DNA of 64,000 bases from a virus. Where the stretch lies: the IMG/VR virus record IMGVR_UViG_3300049491_000383, positions 32,001-96,000 of that record; one strand, given 5' to 3'. The translations under genes were made by a program, and so were the position numbers. Positions 38,830-48,505 of the stretch are shown piece after piece (the stretch's first letter is position 1; the number at the start of each line of letters is the position of its first letter). The notes beneath the pieces were generated by a model, which was given only the letters and a program-made list of their open reading frames with translations, was not told the origin of the DNA and did no database searches.

Positions 38830-40992
38830 TTAGGTGTGGGATTGTTTATCAACCATTGTGATGTACGCGGCAATATCGGCTTCAGTGATGTCACTTTGGC
38901 CTTCTCTGATGATCTTCAAGAGCGGATACTTCTTGTAAAGCGCCGTCTTTGAATCTTCAATCTTCTTCTTTACTGTATCAACTTGCACGGATTTACCGTA
39001 CGAGCCACAGAGTGTCACTAATTGTGTCACGTTTCCTTGAACACGTGGTACGCCACCGATATCGGTAACATATTTAGCGTAGTCGGAATCGGTCCCAACC
39101 ATCTTTGCGACCTTCTTATTAGTATAGACTTTGTTGTAATAGGAGTCAAGCATCTCCGCGACAACCAGAGACGTGATGTGCTTGTCGGAGATTTTCGCCG
39201 TTTCCTCTTTCAACTTGTCCTCAAACCAGACCCAATTGTCCAATTCTTTGATTTCTGCAATTCGACTCTTACGAACGCCAAGAATTCTGATATCCTGGAT
39301 GTCCTTGACTCCACATTCGTCCATCATTGCCTTGGTGGCAAAGAGCGGAATAGATGTTGATCCGTCCAGAGACGTGGGTTCGTGGTTGCTCAGCGCCACG
39401 TAATAGTACGTCACGTTCTCGTCCAATTCTTCGCGGAACGGTTCCCACATGTACGAATCCATGTAACCGGGGCGTGCTTGCGACTTCAGGCGAATATACA
39501 TGATACCCTGGGAAGACACCGGCTTTGCCCGAGCCTGTTTTTCAAGTGTGCTCGCTTTCAGGATGGTCGGAGGATTGTGCAATTCGGCAATGAGCTTGTC
39601 GTATTCGACTTGACGCACTGCCGGATCCGGATCCGAATGAGAAATACAATAAACTTGTCCTTCGGTACGAAGCGTATTGAAGTGATATCGAGCACGCGAC
39701 ATGCAGCCAGTCTTCAAGTCATTCAAGACTAAGACAACAGTCTTCTCAACAGGAATCTGCCAGGCCTTAACATAGTTTGATGCACCATTTACCGGAGACT
39801 TCACATATGAAGAATGCTCAGTCATCTTGCTGGTGGAGCCGTGACGCGCTCGGAAAGCCTGCACGGTAAGTCCACGAGCGGCCAAATCATCCACTGTGTA
39901 TTCAAAAACCTTCACGCCATAGTGACCCTTAAGATCATACAGCGGAAACTTTGTATCAGCAACGTATTTGTCAACGGCGGCCTGGTAGAGTCGGCTTTCT
40001 CGTTCCTTGTACAGATAGAAAGCACGATCCCACAGTCCGGGAATTGCGTCAGCCTTGGCTGCCAAATGCTTTGCTAGGTTTGCATTCAGCAGTTCCAGCT
40101 TTGCTTTGATGCTGTTGATAGTCAGCGTGACGTAACTAAGTTGTTCTCTGGATGCAGCAAAGTCCAGATCGCCGATTCCAAACTCCAAAACAAGGCCGCA
40201 TTCGAGCAAGCTGGCAACACTACCAATGTTCTTGCTAGGATCCGGAATGTTGTTCAACGGATAGGCAATGTTGCCCATCAGCGCCATGCTGGCGTCGTGG
40301 TTGTAACCGCTCTTGGTGCGATAATGCACACCAGGAACAATATCCTTTTCCACATATTCGATGTTGCGGTGGTTGAATGATTCCACACCAGTGATAATCG
40401 GCTTCTTGTCGAACCATGCAAATACGGTATGTGCTTCGTTACGGAAGGACTGATAATCGTTGCGATCGGTAACGCTGAACTTAACTTCGACTCCGTTACC
40501 TTCGGTGGTGTCCGAAACAGCCATTTCCGCGATAGACGGGACACCGGATTCGTTGATGAATGCACTATAAATGCGTTGCTTGCCGTCCTTGATAGCAGTG
40601 ACGGTAAAGTTTTCCGTGTAACTGAAGGGTGACTTGGAACCAAGGCCCAGGGCGCCAATAAACGCATTGGAGTCAGTCTTGGTAGATTCAAAATAGGTGG
40701 TGTAAATGTTGACAACCTGATTGGCGTCAAGTCCCATACCAAAGTCCTTTACCGCAAACCACGGCTCAAGGATGGTGGGAAGATGTACTTCAAAGGGAAC
40801 ATCAGCCTTACCTGCGCCAACGTGGCTGTCTACTGCATTGCAGGAAAGCTCACGAATAATAGCGCGGATTTTGTTGGAGTAAAGTCCGTCCGAAAGGATC
40901 TTAAATGCCTTAGCGGAATTGCGGATCTTGAATTCACCGGTAGTGCCCACATTGGACAGAACTACCTCATTTACGTCAGCTGCAAGCTTCAT
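38830..40992 (-). CDS. rIIA: rIIA-like protein (GHKL ATPase N-terminal domain)
   Basis: LYSNKIRAIIRELSCNAVDSH, KDFGMGL, GALGLGSKSPFSY. Confidence 0.9.
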   Translation of the reverse strand: MKLAADVNEVVLSNVGTTGEFKIRNSAKAFKILSDGLYSNKIRAIIRELSCNAVDSHVGAGKADVPFEVHLPTILEPWFAVKDFGMGLDANQVVNIYTTYFESTKTDSNAFIGALGLGSKSPFSYTENFTVTAIKDGKQRIYSAFINESGVPSIAEMAVSDTTEGNGVEVKFSVTDRNDYQSFRNEAHTVFAWFDKKPIITGVESFNHRNIEYVEKDIVPGVHYRTKSGYNHDASMALMGNIAYPLNNIPDPSKNIGSVASLLECGLVLEFGIGDLDFAASREQLSYVTLTINSIKAKLELLNANLAKHLAAKADAIPGLWDRAFYLYKERESRLYQAAVDKYVADTKFPLYDLKGHYGVKVFEYTVDDLAARGLTVQAFRARHGSTSKMTEHSSYVKSPVNGASNYVKAWQIPVEKTVVLVLNDLKTGCMSRARYHFNTLRTEGQVYCISHSDPDPAVRQVEYDKLIAELHNPPTILKASTLEKQARAKPVSSQGIMYIRLKSQARPGYMDSYMWEPFREELDENVTYYYVALSNHEPTSLDGSTSIPLFATKAMMDECGVKDIQDIRILGVRKSRIAEIKELDNWVWFEDKLKEETAKISDKHITSLVVAEMLDSYYNKVYTNKKVAKMVGTDSDYAKYVTDIGGVPRVQGNVTQLVTLCGSYGKSVQVDTVKKKIEDSKTALYKKYPLLKIIREGQSDITEADIAAYITMVDKQSHT

Positions 40993-41027
40993 TGTGTGTC
41001 ATCTTTCTGTGTTAACAATGTCTCTCT

Positions 41028-41056
41028 ATTATGTATGTGTTACAGATCTATGTCAA
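41028..41056 (-). promoter_or_regulatory. Sigma70-like early promoter for rIIA
   Basis: TTGACA-17nt-CATAAT, back-to-back with a plus-strand GATAAATA at 41060-41067. Confidence 0.7.
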
Positions 41057-41118
41057 CTGGATAAATAGTAGTCTATGCGGAAATAGTTCCACATATTAGA
41101 GTAAAGGAGAGGCCCATT

Positions 41119-41535
41119 ATGGGAAGACCTATTCAGAAAAAGTGGTTCGGTCCATCCGCTACAGCCGGTAACCAAATCGTCGTAAATGGTGTGCGTTGGG
41201 CAGACAACACAACATCAACAAGTGCCTACATTGTTAAGCAAACAGGTTTCAACGCCTATGTTGTAAGCAATGGTACAAAGAATGAAATCGTATTCATGGT
41301 AAATGCAAACGCAGTTGGAGCATTGCTTCCGGGCCAGTGTTTCATTACAGCAACACCGTTCGGTGGTGCAGCACTTCCATGCTACAAGATTGCACAGTTC
41401 CGCGTTGATATCTTCAACGTAGCAAATGCAGTTCCACGTGAGACAGGAGCTCCAGTTCCTGATGGAACAACAAGCTATAGCTGGTCAACCCAGCCTGCTG
41501 TTGCACCTGGACAAGCAGATTTGAACTTGGCGTAA
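41119..41535 (+). CDS. Putative virion protein
   Basis: MGRPIQKKWFG, strong AGGAGAGG RBS, own late promoter and terminator. Confidence 0.75.
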   Translation: MGRPIQKKWFGPSATAGNQIVVNGVRWADNTTSTSAYIVKQTGFNAYVVSNGTKNEIVFMVNANAVGALLPGQCFITATPFGGAALPCYKIAQFRVDIFNVANAVPRETGAPVPDGTTSYSWSTQPAVAPGQADLNLA

Positions 41536-41551
41536 TATCCACAGTCAAAAT

Positions 41552-41575
41552 AAAAGGGCCCTTGCGGCCCTTTTC
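41552..41575. terminator. Bidirectional terminator
   Basis: AAAAGGGCC/GGCCCTTTT between convergent genes. Confidence 0.8.
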
Positions 41576-41591
41576 CTTTTGGAAGATTAAT

Positions 41592-41912
41592 CTACCGTTC
41601 TTTCATTACTTTACGAATAATGTATTCGTCGTTTGGACTGTATGTCTTCATCTTCTTTTCTAGACGATTCATAAAGTCAAAATCCGGAGCTATAAAATAA
41701 TAGTCTCCGGATTCTTCTTTAGCTTTGCTCATGATTCCTGCTAGAACACAAATTAGATATTCTGCTTCATCTGTAAATGTAATTGTTGCTGTTGATGGTT
41801 GTCCATCAAATGACAATGATGAATTCTTAATGCCATGGCAACGCATCAACCAGCCGATGAGTTCTAGCTCTCTGGTCGGTACTTTGACTTTTCTTTCAAA
41901 AATTGTTTCCAT
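41592..41912 (-). CDS. Hypothetical protein
   Basis: 106 aa directly after a tRNA. Confidence 0.55.
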   Translation of the reverse strand: METIFERKVKVPTRELELIGWLMRCHGIKNSSLSFDGQPSTATITFTDEAEYLICVLAGIMSKAKEESGDYYFIAPDFDFMNRLEKKMKTYSPNDEYIIRKVMKER

Positions 41913-41920
41913 TGTAGTTT

Positions 41921-41995
41921 TGGTCCCGCTTGCAGGAATCGAACCTGCGTCTAAGGTTTAGGAAACCCCTATACTCTCCACTGTACTAAAGCGAG
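41921..41995 (-). tRNA. tRNA-Arg(CCU)
   Basis: Cloverleaf, loop ttCCTaa, GGTTCGATTCC, encoded CCA. Confidence 0.9.
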
Positions 41996-42000
41996 TTATT

Positions 42001-42090
42001 TGGAGGAAGATAATGGAATCGAACCATCCCCTGTTCTTCACAAAGGGCCGAGTTTTCGAGGCTCGTTATCGCCCAGCGATGCTATCTTCC
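42001..42090 (-). tRNA. tRNA-Ser(CGA)
   Basis: Loop ctCGAaa, long variable arm, CCA. Confidence 0.88.
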
Positions 42091-42210
42091 AGTTAACTAT
42101 TTATCCCAATTCGAAGAGAATTTCCTGCAACAAGTGAAGCCATACAAATCCGTTGATTATCGCTAGTATAACTATCGCTGCAAGTAACGCAAACCATTCA
42201 AGACCCGACA

Positions 42211-42381
42211 TTATCTTCTCTCGTCGTAGTCATGGTCTCGATCGAACTGTTCTTCTCGGTCCCGCTGGTGTTTTCTTTCCGCAGGATCGTCTTTCTTAAA
42301 TCTTCGAGGACCTCTTTTTGTATCCTCGTAATCGTCATCATCGTAATCGTAATCTTCGTCTGACGGTGATCTTCTTGGCAT
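42211..42381 (-). CDS. Small highly charged protein (56 aa)
   Basis: MPRRSPSDEDYDYDDDDYED..., GAGG RBS. Confidence 0.55.
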   Translation of the reverse strand: MPRRSPSDEDYDYDDDDYEDTKRGPRRFKKDDPAERKHQRDREEQFDRDHDYDERR

Positions 42382-42390
42382 ATCCTCTAA

Positions 42391-42624
42391 TTAGTTTTTA
42401 GCTAATTCCTGTCTAAGTCCAGTAAATCCGCCAGGTACAAGTTGTCCATCTTTGAAAATTTGTGGAACAGAACGTACCTTGCTTCCAACCCTTTCTTCCA
42501 AACTTCTCATATTTGCAGTGTCGTCGATGTCGATATAATCGTATTCGATAGATTTCGATTCACAGAGTGAAACTGCCTGCTTACAAAAGGTGCACCATTC
42601 CGCACCATAAATCTCAATCTTCAT
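42391..42624 (-). CDS. Glutaredoxin
   Basis: CTFC, SVPQIF, GGF. Confidence 0.9.
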   Translation of the reverse strand: MKIEIYGAEWCTFCKQAVSLCESKSIEYDYIDIDDTANMRSLEERVGSKVRSVPQIFKDGQLVPGGFTGLRQELAKN

Positions 42625-42698
42625 AGTAATATCTCCTTGGAGTATTACTTATCTCATCATACGCCATGACAAAACTATACAGATATCGTTGTTGCTTG

Positions 42699-42911
42699 TC
42701 AATCAATGACAGACATGAACTCTAAAGTGCCATCCGGGTATTCAAAAATACCAATTGTCTCCACCTTTCTTCCCGGGAATGGGTTTCTTGCTGGAAATTC
42801 CGCCACCTTCAAAACGATTACATTCTTGCGGTATGTTTCTGTAATTTTAATAATTGTGCCCTTAAAGCCGTTGAATGAGAGTCTTCCGCCCTCTCTGAAA
42901 AATGATGCCAT
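42699..42911 (-). CDS. Hypothetical protein
   Basis: 70 aa, coupled. Confidence 0.5.
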   Translation of the reverse strand: MASFFREGGRLSFNGFKGTIIKITETYRKNVIVLKVAEFPARNPFPGRKVETIGIFEYPDGTLEFMSVID

Positions 42912-42912
42912 G

Positions 42913-43434
42913 TTATCTCGGATATAATGTTACTATGGGTGTCCACAATGTACGATTCTTCATCTCAGTTAAATCTTTGATGTAGAGTGCCACTTCAGTT
43001 GGATCCATCTTAGTTGCGTTAATTTGTTGAACACGTGGAGTATCTATATACCCGGGCTTCACTAACATAACCTTACACGGTTGATATGCTTGCTGCAACT
43101 GGAGACAAGCATCTTGTAACGCTCTTTTCTGCACATTATATGGTCGTGCAAAATTTGGATTATAATCGGCTGCGTCAGACCCGATATTTACTATTAACTT
43201 TTCTTTATCCTTCCACTGTTCCCATAATTCGTAAAGGAGTGTTGTCTGTTCCCAACCTAAATCAGCATTGTTGATGAAAATATCACAATCCTGAATTGTC
43301 AGGAACATTCGTTGTCTATTAGCACGAAGACGTAGATCAAATCCATTAGTCCTTGAAAACCCAATTACATCTGTATACAGGTTGGATAACTCTTTTCCAA
43401 TGCCACTTGTGTGGCCAGTTATTGCAATCCTCAT
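42913..43434 (-). CDS. Short-chain dehydrogenase/reductase-like protein
   Basis: ITGHTSGIG, INNA, NIGS, YNVQK (YxxxK). Confidence 0.85.
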   Translation of the reverse strand: MRIAITGHTSGIGKELSNLYTDVIGFSRTNGFDLRLRANRQRMFLTIQDCDIFINNADLGWEQTTLLYELWEQWKDKEKLIVNIGSDAADYNPNFARPYNVQKRALQDACLQLQQAYQPCKVMLVKPGYIDTPRVQQINATKMDPTEVALYIKDLTEMKNRTLWTPIVTLYPR

Positions 43435-43991
43435 ACTGGTTTCTTGAGTTCTAATAAGGAACTAAGATCGTCTAGAACTAAATGTATTCTACGATTCCTA
43501 CTACCATTTACAAATGTATGTTTCTTTCGTGTATCCACAATATAAAGATTGCCATCACAGGGAATGTGATAGAAGGATGCATCTTTTGGAAACAAAAACA
43601 AACAATCGGGATTCGTATCTATCACATAATGATAGCGCATAGATAAATCACCGTGTATGGTATAGCACTTAGGACCATCCATGGTCATAATTCTAAATCG
43701 TCCAATATTAGGTATAGACTGATACATTTCAAATAAGGATGTCGATTTGAATGCTTCGTTGAAGATTGTAAAATCCCTTTCTTCAAACTTGAATTCTTTT
43801 GATTCGTAATCAAAAATAGACCCGGTACACTCTAGTACCTTTTCTTCCATCGATAGCTCAAGAGTCTTTGGAGAATGAGTTAACCCAATCTGCGGTAAAT
43901 TAAACTCTTCGATAAGAGTTAATGTATCTTTCTTAATTCTTTCAAAGTCGAATTTATACTCGGGTAGTTTTGTTACTATGCGAGGATTCAT
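43431..43991 (-). CDS. 2OG-Fe(II)/Asp-hydroxylase-like cupin
   Basis: HGD..RYH..HTFVNGS..RIHLV. Confidence 0.7.
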   Translation of the reverse strand: MNPRIVTKLPEYKFDFERIKKDTLTLIEEFNLPQIGLTHSPKTLELSMEEKVLECTGSIFDYESKEFKFEERDFTIFNEAFKSTSLFEMYQSIPNIGRFRIMTMDGPKCYTIHGDLSMRYHYVIDTNPDCLFLFPKDASFYHIPCDGNLYIVDTRKKHTFVNGSRNRRIHLVLDDLSSLLELKKPV

Positions 43992-43992
43992 C

Positions 43993-44067
43993 TGGTGCCC
44001 CTAGCAGGAATCGAACCTGCATCTAATATTTCGGAAATACTTATTCTATCCATTGAACTATAGGGAC
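43993..44067 (-). tRNA. tRNA-Arg(CCG)
   Basis: Loop ttCCGaa, T-arm GGTTCGATTCC, CCA. Confidence 0.88.
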
Positions 44068-44522
44068 GTTGTCTGCCTTGCGGATTCTAGATATATCTCA
44101 TCATATTTCCTACGATAGGATCTAGTTCCTTTGCCCTTATTTCTCCCGGCAAATGTTGGAGTCTGTGAATGGCAGTTTGGACACAGGAGTGTTAAATTTT
44201 CTTCCTTACTGTTAAGTCCATTACCATCAATGTGTTCTAAGGTAAGTGATAATGGTAAGCCTCTCCAGTCGGAAATACCACATCCAGTACATTTATTCTC
44301 AAATTTTTCTTCTATATATCGACGTATATGTCTACTTATTCCATAAATTACATCACCGGTAATCGATCCGGATTTCCATTGCTCTATGAAAATCCTGTGT
44401 TCTTCATCCTTTTGACATTTCTTACTGCAATATAAATTTGCATTACCGTGCTTAAAGTAATTCTCTTCATTACAATACAAACATCTATATGTTTTCTTAC
44501 TTCCCACTATTCCGGTTGGCAT
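44058..44522 (-). CDS. HNH endonuclease
   Basis: CxxC..YCS..C; LTLEHIDGN...NLTLLCPNCHSQT. Confidence 0.88.
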   Translation of the reverse strand: MPTGIVGSKKTYRCLYCNEENYFKHGNANLYCSKKCQKDEEHRIFIEQWKSGSITGDVIYGISRHIRRYIEEKFENKCTGCGISDWRGLPLSLTLEHIDGNGLNSKEENLTLLCPNCHSQTPTFAGRNKGKGTRSYRRKYDEIYLESARQTTSL

Positions 44523-44563
44523 AAGGTATTACTCCTACTACAAAGTAGTATTTATACCTTTAG

Positions 44564-44637
44564 TGGTGCTGGATGAGAGAATCGGACTCTCGTTCTTTCT
44601 TTACGAGGGAAATGTAATGCCACTATACTAATCCAGC
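44564..44637 (-). tRNA. tRNA-Thr(CGU)
   Basis: Loop ctCGTaa, variant T-loop TCCGATT, CCA. Confidence 0.8.
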
Positions 44638-44792
44638 TTATCTTCTTCGGTAACCTGTTCTACAAGTTGCTGCCACCAGTTCTCAATTGAACCGTATTTT
44701 AATTTCCATGCTGTGTGATCTTCCGAACCTTCAACCATATTTACCGATCGGTTGACAGACATGGCCCACTCGGGAATTTCTTCTTCTGGCAT
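44628..44792 (-). CDS. Small hypothetical protein (54 aa)
   Basis: MPEEEIPEWAM...VEGSEDHTAWKLKY; TAAATG coupling to the upstream gene. Confidence 0.5.
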   Translation of the reverse strand: MPEEEIPEWAMSVNRSVNMVEGSEDHTAWKLKYGSIENWWQQLVEQVTEEDKLD

Positions 44793-45032
44793 TTATTTCT
44801 TACTTGCTGCTATCATTAATGCTGCAATTCTTGCTGCCTCATCTTCGGCATAAGTTCCGTTGCGCTTTTTCAATTCAATTAATTGTTCCTTGACCCACAA
44901 AGGAAAGTGTGATCCGGATAAGTTATTTATATCCTCTTCGGAATAATTTTCTATGTTGTCGATTACTTCCTGCTGTGCAGGTTTCTTCTTCATTTTCTTG
45001 AAGAACTTGTCCGGATTATAGAAACTACGCAT
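44793..45032 (-). CDS. Hypothetical protein
   Basis: 79 aa, CATAAATA 5 nt upstream. Confidence 0.6.
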   Translation of the reverse strand: MRSFYNPDKFFKKMKKKPAQQEVIDNIENYSEEDINNLSGSHFPLWVKEQLIELKKRNGTYAEDEAARIAALMIAASKK

Positions 45033-45058
45033 CTCTATATTTATGACATAAATATTGT

Positions 45059-45532
45059 ATGCTCTTCAAATATTTAAGTCTACCAAAAATCCCGGACGAA
45101 TTACTTCTTCACAACGAAGAAGATTTTACCGAGATGGAAAACATCTTCAAAAATAAAGGTTCCAGATTCTATAAACAACACCTTGTTACCAATCCGGAAC
45201 TAAAAAAATTCATTGAGGACATTTTTGGCTGTCCCTGTTTCTGCACTTATCAGGTAATCAAAAATGGCATACCAGTACATAAAGATTCAGGAAGAACTGA
45301 ATGTATCAATTACCTAATTACCACAGGTGGTCCCGATGCAGCACTGGACTTCTACAATAATAGATTCAAGGTAGAACATTCAGAAAAATTACCTGCCCAT
45401 GTATGGCATTGGCTTAATGTTTCCGGACTACACGGTGTGTCGGGCCTAACATCAACACGGATTTCAATATCTATCGAATTACGCGGTGAAAGTAATGTAC
45501 TTGCACAAACCAGTAACGATTCCATTCTCTAA
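45059..45532 (+). CDS. Cupin/2OG-Fe(II)-like protein
   Basis: PVHKD..INY..WHWLNV..HGV..RISISI. Confidence 0.6.
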   Translation: MLFKYLSLPKIPDELLLHNEEDFTEMENIFKNKGSRFYKQHLVTNPELKKFIEDIFGCPCFCTYQVIKNGIPVHKDSGRTECINYLITTGGPDAALDFYNNRFKVEHSEKLPAHVWHWLNVSGLHGVSGLTSTRISISIELRGESNVLAQTSNDSIL

Positions 45533-46055
45533 AATACTCATTGACTTAACGGAAGAATATCTTAAGGATATGAATTCTGAAATGCTCTATGTTAAGGTTA
45601 TTCCATTACCTAATATAGTACGAGATGGGATTAATGAATACCTACGAAGTAAAAATGTAGGAGATATCTTATCAGCACTTGCATTCAAGAGAAAGAATGT
45701 AACTGCATCCTATGTCTACAGCCATATTGATTGGTCATCAAAATGGGGAATAATGAATTGTTCTGTTGTTATTCCCACCTCGGGCCTGGGTGGGCAAGTC
45801 TGGTATGACGGCGATTACGATTTCAAAGGTGAGCAGGTCGCGGGTGCAAACGGTCTTGTTGATTACGGGAAGATAACCTGGAATGGGGTTGGTAATCTTT
45901 TAGAATCAGCAGATATCGTTGATGGACCGGAACTTGTTAGGACCGATCTTCCACATAATGCGTATTGTGATGGAAACGGATATCGCACAACCTGCACAAT
46001 TCGTTTTCACGGAAACGAAGACTTTGATACCTTATATAGGAAACTTAGTACCTAA
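45486..46055 (+). CDS. Cupin/2OG-Fe(II)-like protein
   Basis: HID..VRTDLPHN..R..CTIRF. Confidence 0.6.
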   Translation: MKVMYLHKPVTIPFSKILIDLTEEYLKDMNSEMLYVKVIPLPNIVRDGINEYLRSKNVGDILSALAFKRKNVTASYVYSHIDWSSKWGIMNCSVVIPTSGLGGQVWYDGDYDFKGEQVAGANGLVDYGKITWNGVGNLLESADIVDGPELVRTDLPHNAYCDGNGYRTTCTIRFHGNEDFDTLYRKLST

Positions 46056-46521
46056 TCTTTGTTTCATCAAACTCAAAGTAATATACGTTTCCATACCCGT
46101 ATGCATTACTCATGAATTTATTACCAATGCAATCTGTATCTTTGTAGAAATACATCTTACCTTCATACATAAAAATAATCATTAGGTAATCTAATTGCTT
46201 GATTTGGACTATGCGCTTATAGTCTTCAAACTTCTTATCGACTGTAAAACACTGCTTACCCTTAAATGGATAGAGTGATGATTTCACTTTTACATCAACT
46301 GCAAATCTACCTTTTGGAGAGCCGGGTTTATTGTAAACACAGAAATCCGGTTGTATAACCTTTCCTTCTGTGCCTATCATACGAGGCCCATATCCGTCGC
46401 CGTGGACTTGGCTTCGCGTATCTTCAACCAGACCGAAGTTCTTTATCAGATATTCAAAAACTGCATCTTCACCGGCTATGCCGATAGCAAGGCTTTCCTG
46501 AAATTTATCGTCCGTTGACAA
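46045..46521 (-). CDS. PD-(D/E)xK nuclease-like protein
   Basis: GED..QPDF..VDVKVK. Confidence 0.55.
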   Translation of the reverse strand: MSTDDKFQESLAIGIAGEDAVFEYLIKNFGLVEDTRSQVHGDGYGPRMIGTEGKVIQPDFCVYNKPGSPKGRFAVDVKVKSSLYPFKGKQCFTVDKKFEDYKRIVQIKQLDYLMIIFMYEGKMYFYKDTDCIGNKFMSNAYGYGNVYYFEFDETKIRY

Positions 46522-46987
46522 TTATTTCTCTCGCTTTCATAAGCACAACACCAAGAAGATTCTGTCCATCCCACTGTGTCGGATCAGTTGCACGTGGATC
46601 GTTCTGTGTCATACCAATTCCCCACACCTTGTCATAGGGACTGGCTTCAACAATGATAGAATCACCAGTATCAAGCATGCAATTCAAACTGTAGGTATCT
46701 TGTGTGAATTTTGAAACAAGTGCCGGGACCATGATTTCTTGGCACGCGGCCATCCAGACTTCTTGATCAAACCCACGAACCTGACGACCGAGGAATTTCT
46801 GTTTGCGTGGATGAGCCTGTTCCATAATCATTTCAGCAACATCAATGTCTTTGAAGAGCATTGCCTTCTTGTACATCATATATTGTTCGGAACAATTGTA
46901 TCTGTGTCCTTCGTGATCAAAGGACTGTGGATACCAGTTGGAGAATGGGCTGTCAGATTCCCAGAAGAATGTGAATTTTTGTGTCAT
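46505..46987 (-). CDS. NADAR (YbiA-like) family hydrolase
   Basis: FSNWY, SEQYMMYKKA..F.D, KFTQ, EASPYDKVWGIG, GQNLLG. Confidence 0.92.
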   Translation of the reverse strand: MTQKFTFFWESDSPFSNWYPQSFDHEGHRYNCSEQYMMYKKAMLFKDIDVAEMIMEQAHPRKQKFLGRQVRGFDQEVWMAACQEIMVPALVSKFTQDTYSLNCMLDTGDSIIVEASPYDKVWGIGMTQNDPRATDPTQWDGQNLLGVVLMKAREIIVNGR

Positions 46988-47180
46988 AGTGCTGATGCAA
47001 TAAACATGACAACTGAAATTACTGAAAGAACTGCGGTAGCAATTGCTCCCCAGATCATCATAAATCCCCAAACAGTTTCGTAGTTGCCGACTTTGTTAAC
47101 CATGTATAGGCCGAAGAAGGCCACAACCAAGGCGATAACAATCAATATTGCTAATATCATGTGTGTCTTTCAAAGTGAAA

Positions 47181-47254
47181 TGGTCCCTCGTGAAGGAGTC
47201 GAACCCTCCGAACCTGGTTTAGAAGACCTGGTGCCAAAATCCGTTGGACGAGAG
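47181..47254 (-). tRNA. tRNA-Arg(UCU), atypical D-arm
   Basis: Acceptor CTCTCGT/ACGAGGG, loop ctTCTaa, T-arm, CCA. Confidence 0.75.
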
Positions 47255-47261
47255 AAATGTA

Positions 47262-47336
47262 TGGTAGGACTTACAGGGTTCGAACCTGTGACCTTCACAA
47301 TGTCAATGTGATATTCTACCGCTGAAATAAAGTCCT
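47262..47336 (-). tRNA. tRNA-Val(GAC)
   Basis: Canonical cloverleaf, loop ttGACat, CCA. Confidence 0.92.
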
Positions 47337-47562
47337 ATATTCTATTTACCTGATACGTGTCTTTGATGTTGTTATGAAAGAAAAAGCCTTTCGACGGTGC
47401 TTTCAACCAACGCTCAAATATTGTACGACTAATACCAGGGATTGAATATGAAATGCCGTTTGACAATCTCATAGTCAATACCTTGTTGGGTCTATTATAT
47501 GTTAGATCGGAAATCCAGGCCGACATCACCTGCTTTTCATTAATGACTTCCGATGCTCTCAT
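47335..47562 (-). CDS. KTSC-domain protein
   Basis: SAWISDLTYN..Y..PG..APSKGFFFHNNIK. Confidence 0.8.
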   Translation of the reverse strand: MRASEVINEKQVMSAWISDLTYNRPNKVLTMRLSNGISYSIPGISRTIFERWLKAPSKGFFFHNNIKDTYQVNRI

Positions 47563-48022
47563 TTCTTAAATATTCAACAAACCTATAATTATAGTTTTCG
47601 TTGCTCCCTGCTAGTGTACTATTTATCTTCCACTTTGTCAAGTCGATGCCAGGGAAAAATACATCGGCTTCAAAGTCTTGGTCAATGTGTGTAATGACTA
47701 ACTTAGTTGCCAAATCAATTGTCTGTCTATAAATCGATGCACCACCAATCACCACAAGCTCATTGTAACAATGCTCAACAGACAATGCGGATTCAATATC
47801 TTTTGCAACTACCACACCCATCATTTCCTGATGTGTTACAACAATATTCTTACGTCCCGGGAGTGGTCTTCCAATGCTTACAAAAGTATTGGAGCCCATA
47901 ATAACTACCTTACCCATTGTGTAAGACTTAAAATGTTTCATATCCTCCGGAATTTTCCAAAGAAGCTGATTTTTGAGTCCTAACTCATTATTCCGCCCAA
48001 TAGCGGCGATAAGGGTAATCAT
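47540..48022 (-). CDS. frd: Dihydrofolate reductase
   Basis: LWKIPEDMKHFK, IMG..TF.SI.RPLPGRKNIV, IGGASIY, DVFFP. Confidence 0.95.
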   Translation of the reverse strand: MITLIAAIGRNNELGLKNQLLWKIPEDMKHFKSYTMGKVVIMGSNTFVSIGRPLPGRKNIVVTHQEMMGVVVAKDIESALSVEHCYNELVVIGGASIYRQTIDLATKLVITHIDQDFEADVFFPGIDLTKWKINSTLAGSNENYNYRFVEYLRNESIGSH

Positions 48023-48225
48023 AGCGGCCAGCGAACATCCTTGATGTCGTCGGACTTAAGATCCTTCAGAATCTGGCGTTTTACCGGACCTAAACTCTGA
48101 ATTAGCTCACCGGGCTTTGCATGGTTGTTTGTCGAGCTCAATACGTGATGCATCATAGCACCCTCGGCTAATTTCTGCATTACTTCCTTAGCTTGATTAC
48201 GCTTTGTCTTCATTTGAATCCTCAA
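48019..48225 (-). CDS. Hypothetical protein
   Basis: Coupled ORF. Confidence 0.5.
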   Translation of the reverse strand: MRIQMKTKRNQAKEVMQKLAEGAMMHHVLSSTNNHAKPGELIQSLGPVKRQILKDLKSDDIKDVRWPL

Positions 48226-48493
48226 CCATTTCCCTTAGCTCAGTAAGGTTTGCTCTAAGATGCTTTAGTTTTTCAACCAGAAGCTCTGTAATCTTAACTA
48301 ATGCTTCCATGGGAGGATACATTTTACGAATAGTATCACATTCAAGTTGAATCATTCTCATAGCTGCACGATTTTGAATTGGTGCAGCCATGATTGATGC
48401 ATTCAAATATTCTGTGCGCCGCCTCTCGAACTCAGCAGGGTCGGTTTCGTAAAGCCTTGACCATTCATCAAAGTTGAATTTATCCATAGACAT
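48197..48493 (-). CDS. DUF3135-like protein
   Basis: FDEWSRLYETDPAEFERRR. Confidence 0.6.
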   Translation of the reverse strand: MSMDKFNFDEWSRLYETDPAEFERRRTEYLNASIMAAPIQNRAAMRMIQLECDTIRKMYPPMEALVKITELLVEKLKHLRANLTELREMVEDSNEDKA

Positions 48494-48505
48494 AGTGTAA
48501 TATAT

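Noticed and set aside
47181-47254. Possible amber-suppressor (CUA) tRNA and stop-codon recoding
   Set aside because: The stem register GGT/ACC gives loop CT-TCT-AA, which is Arg(UCU). Core genes are intact in code 11 and TAG serves as a normal stop.
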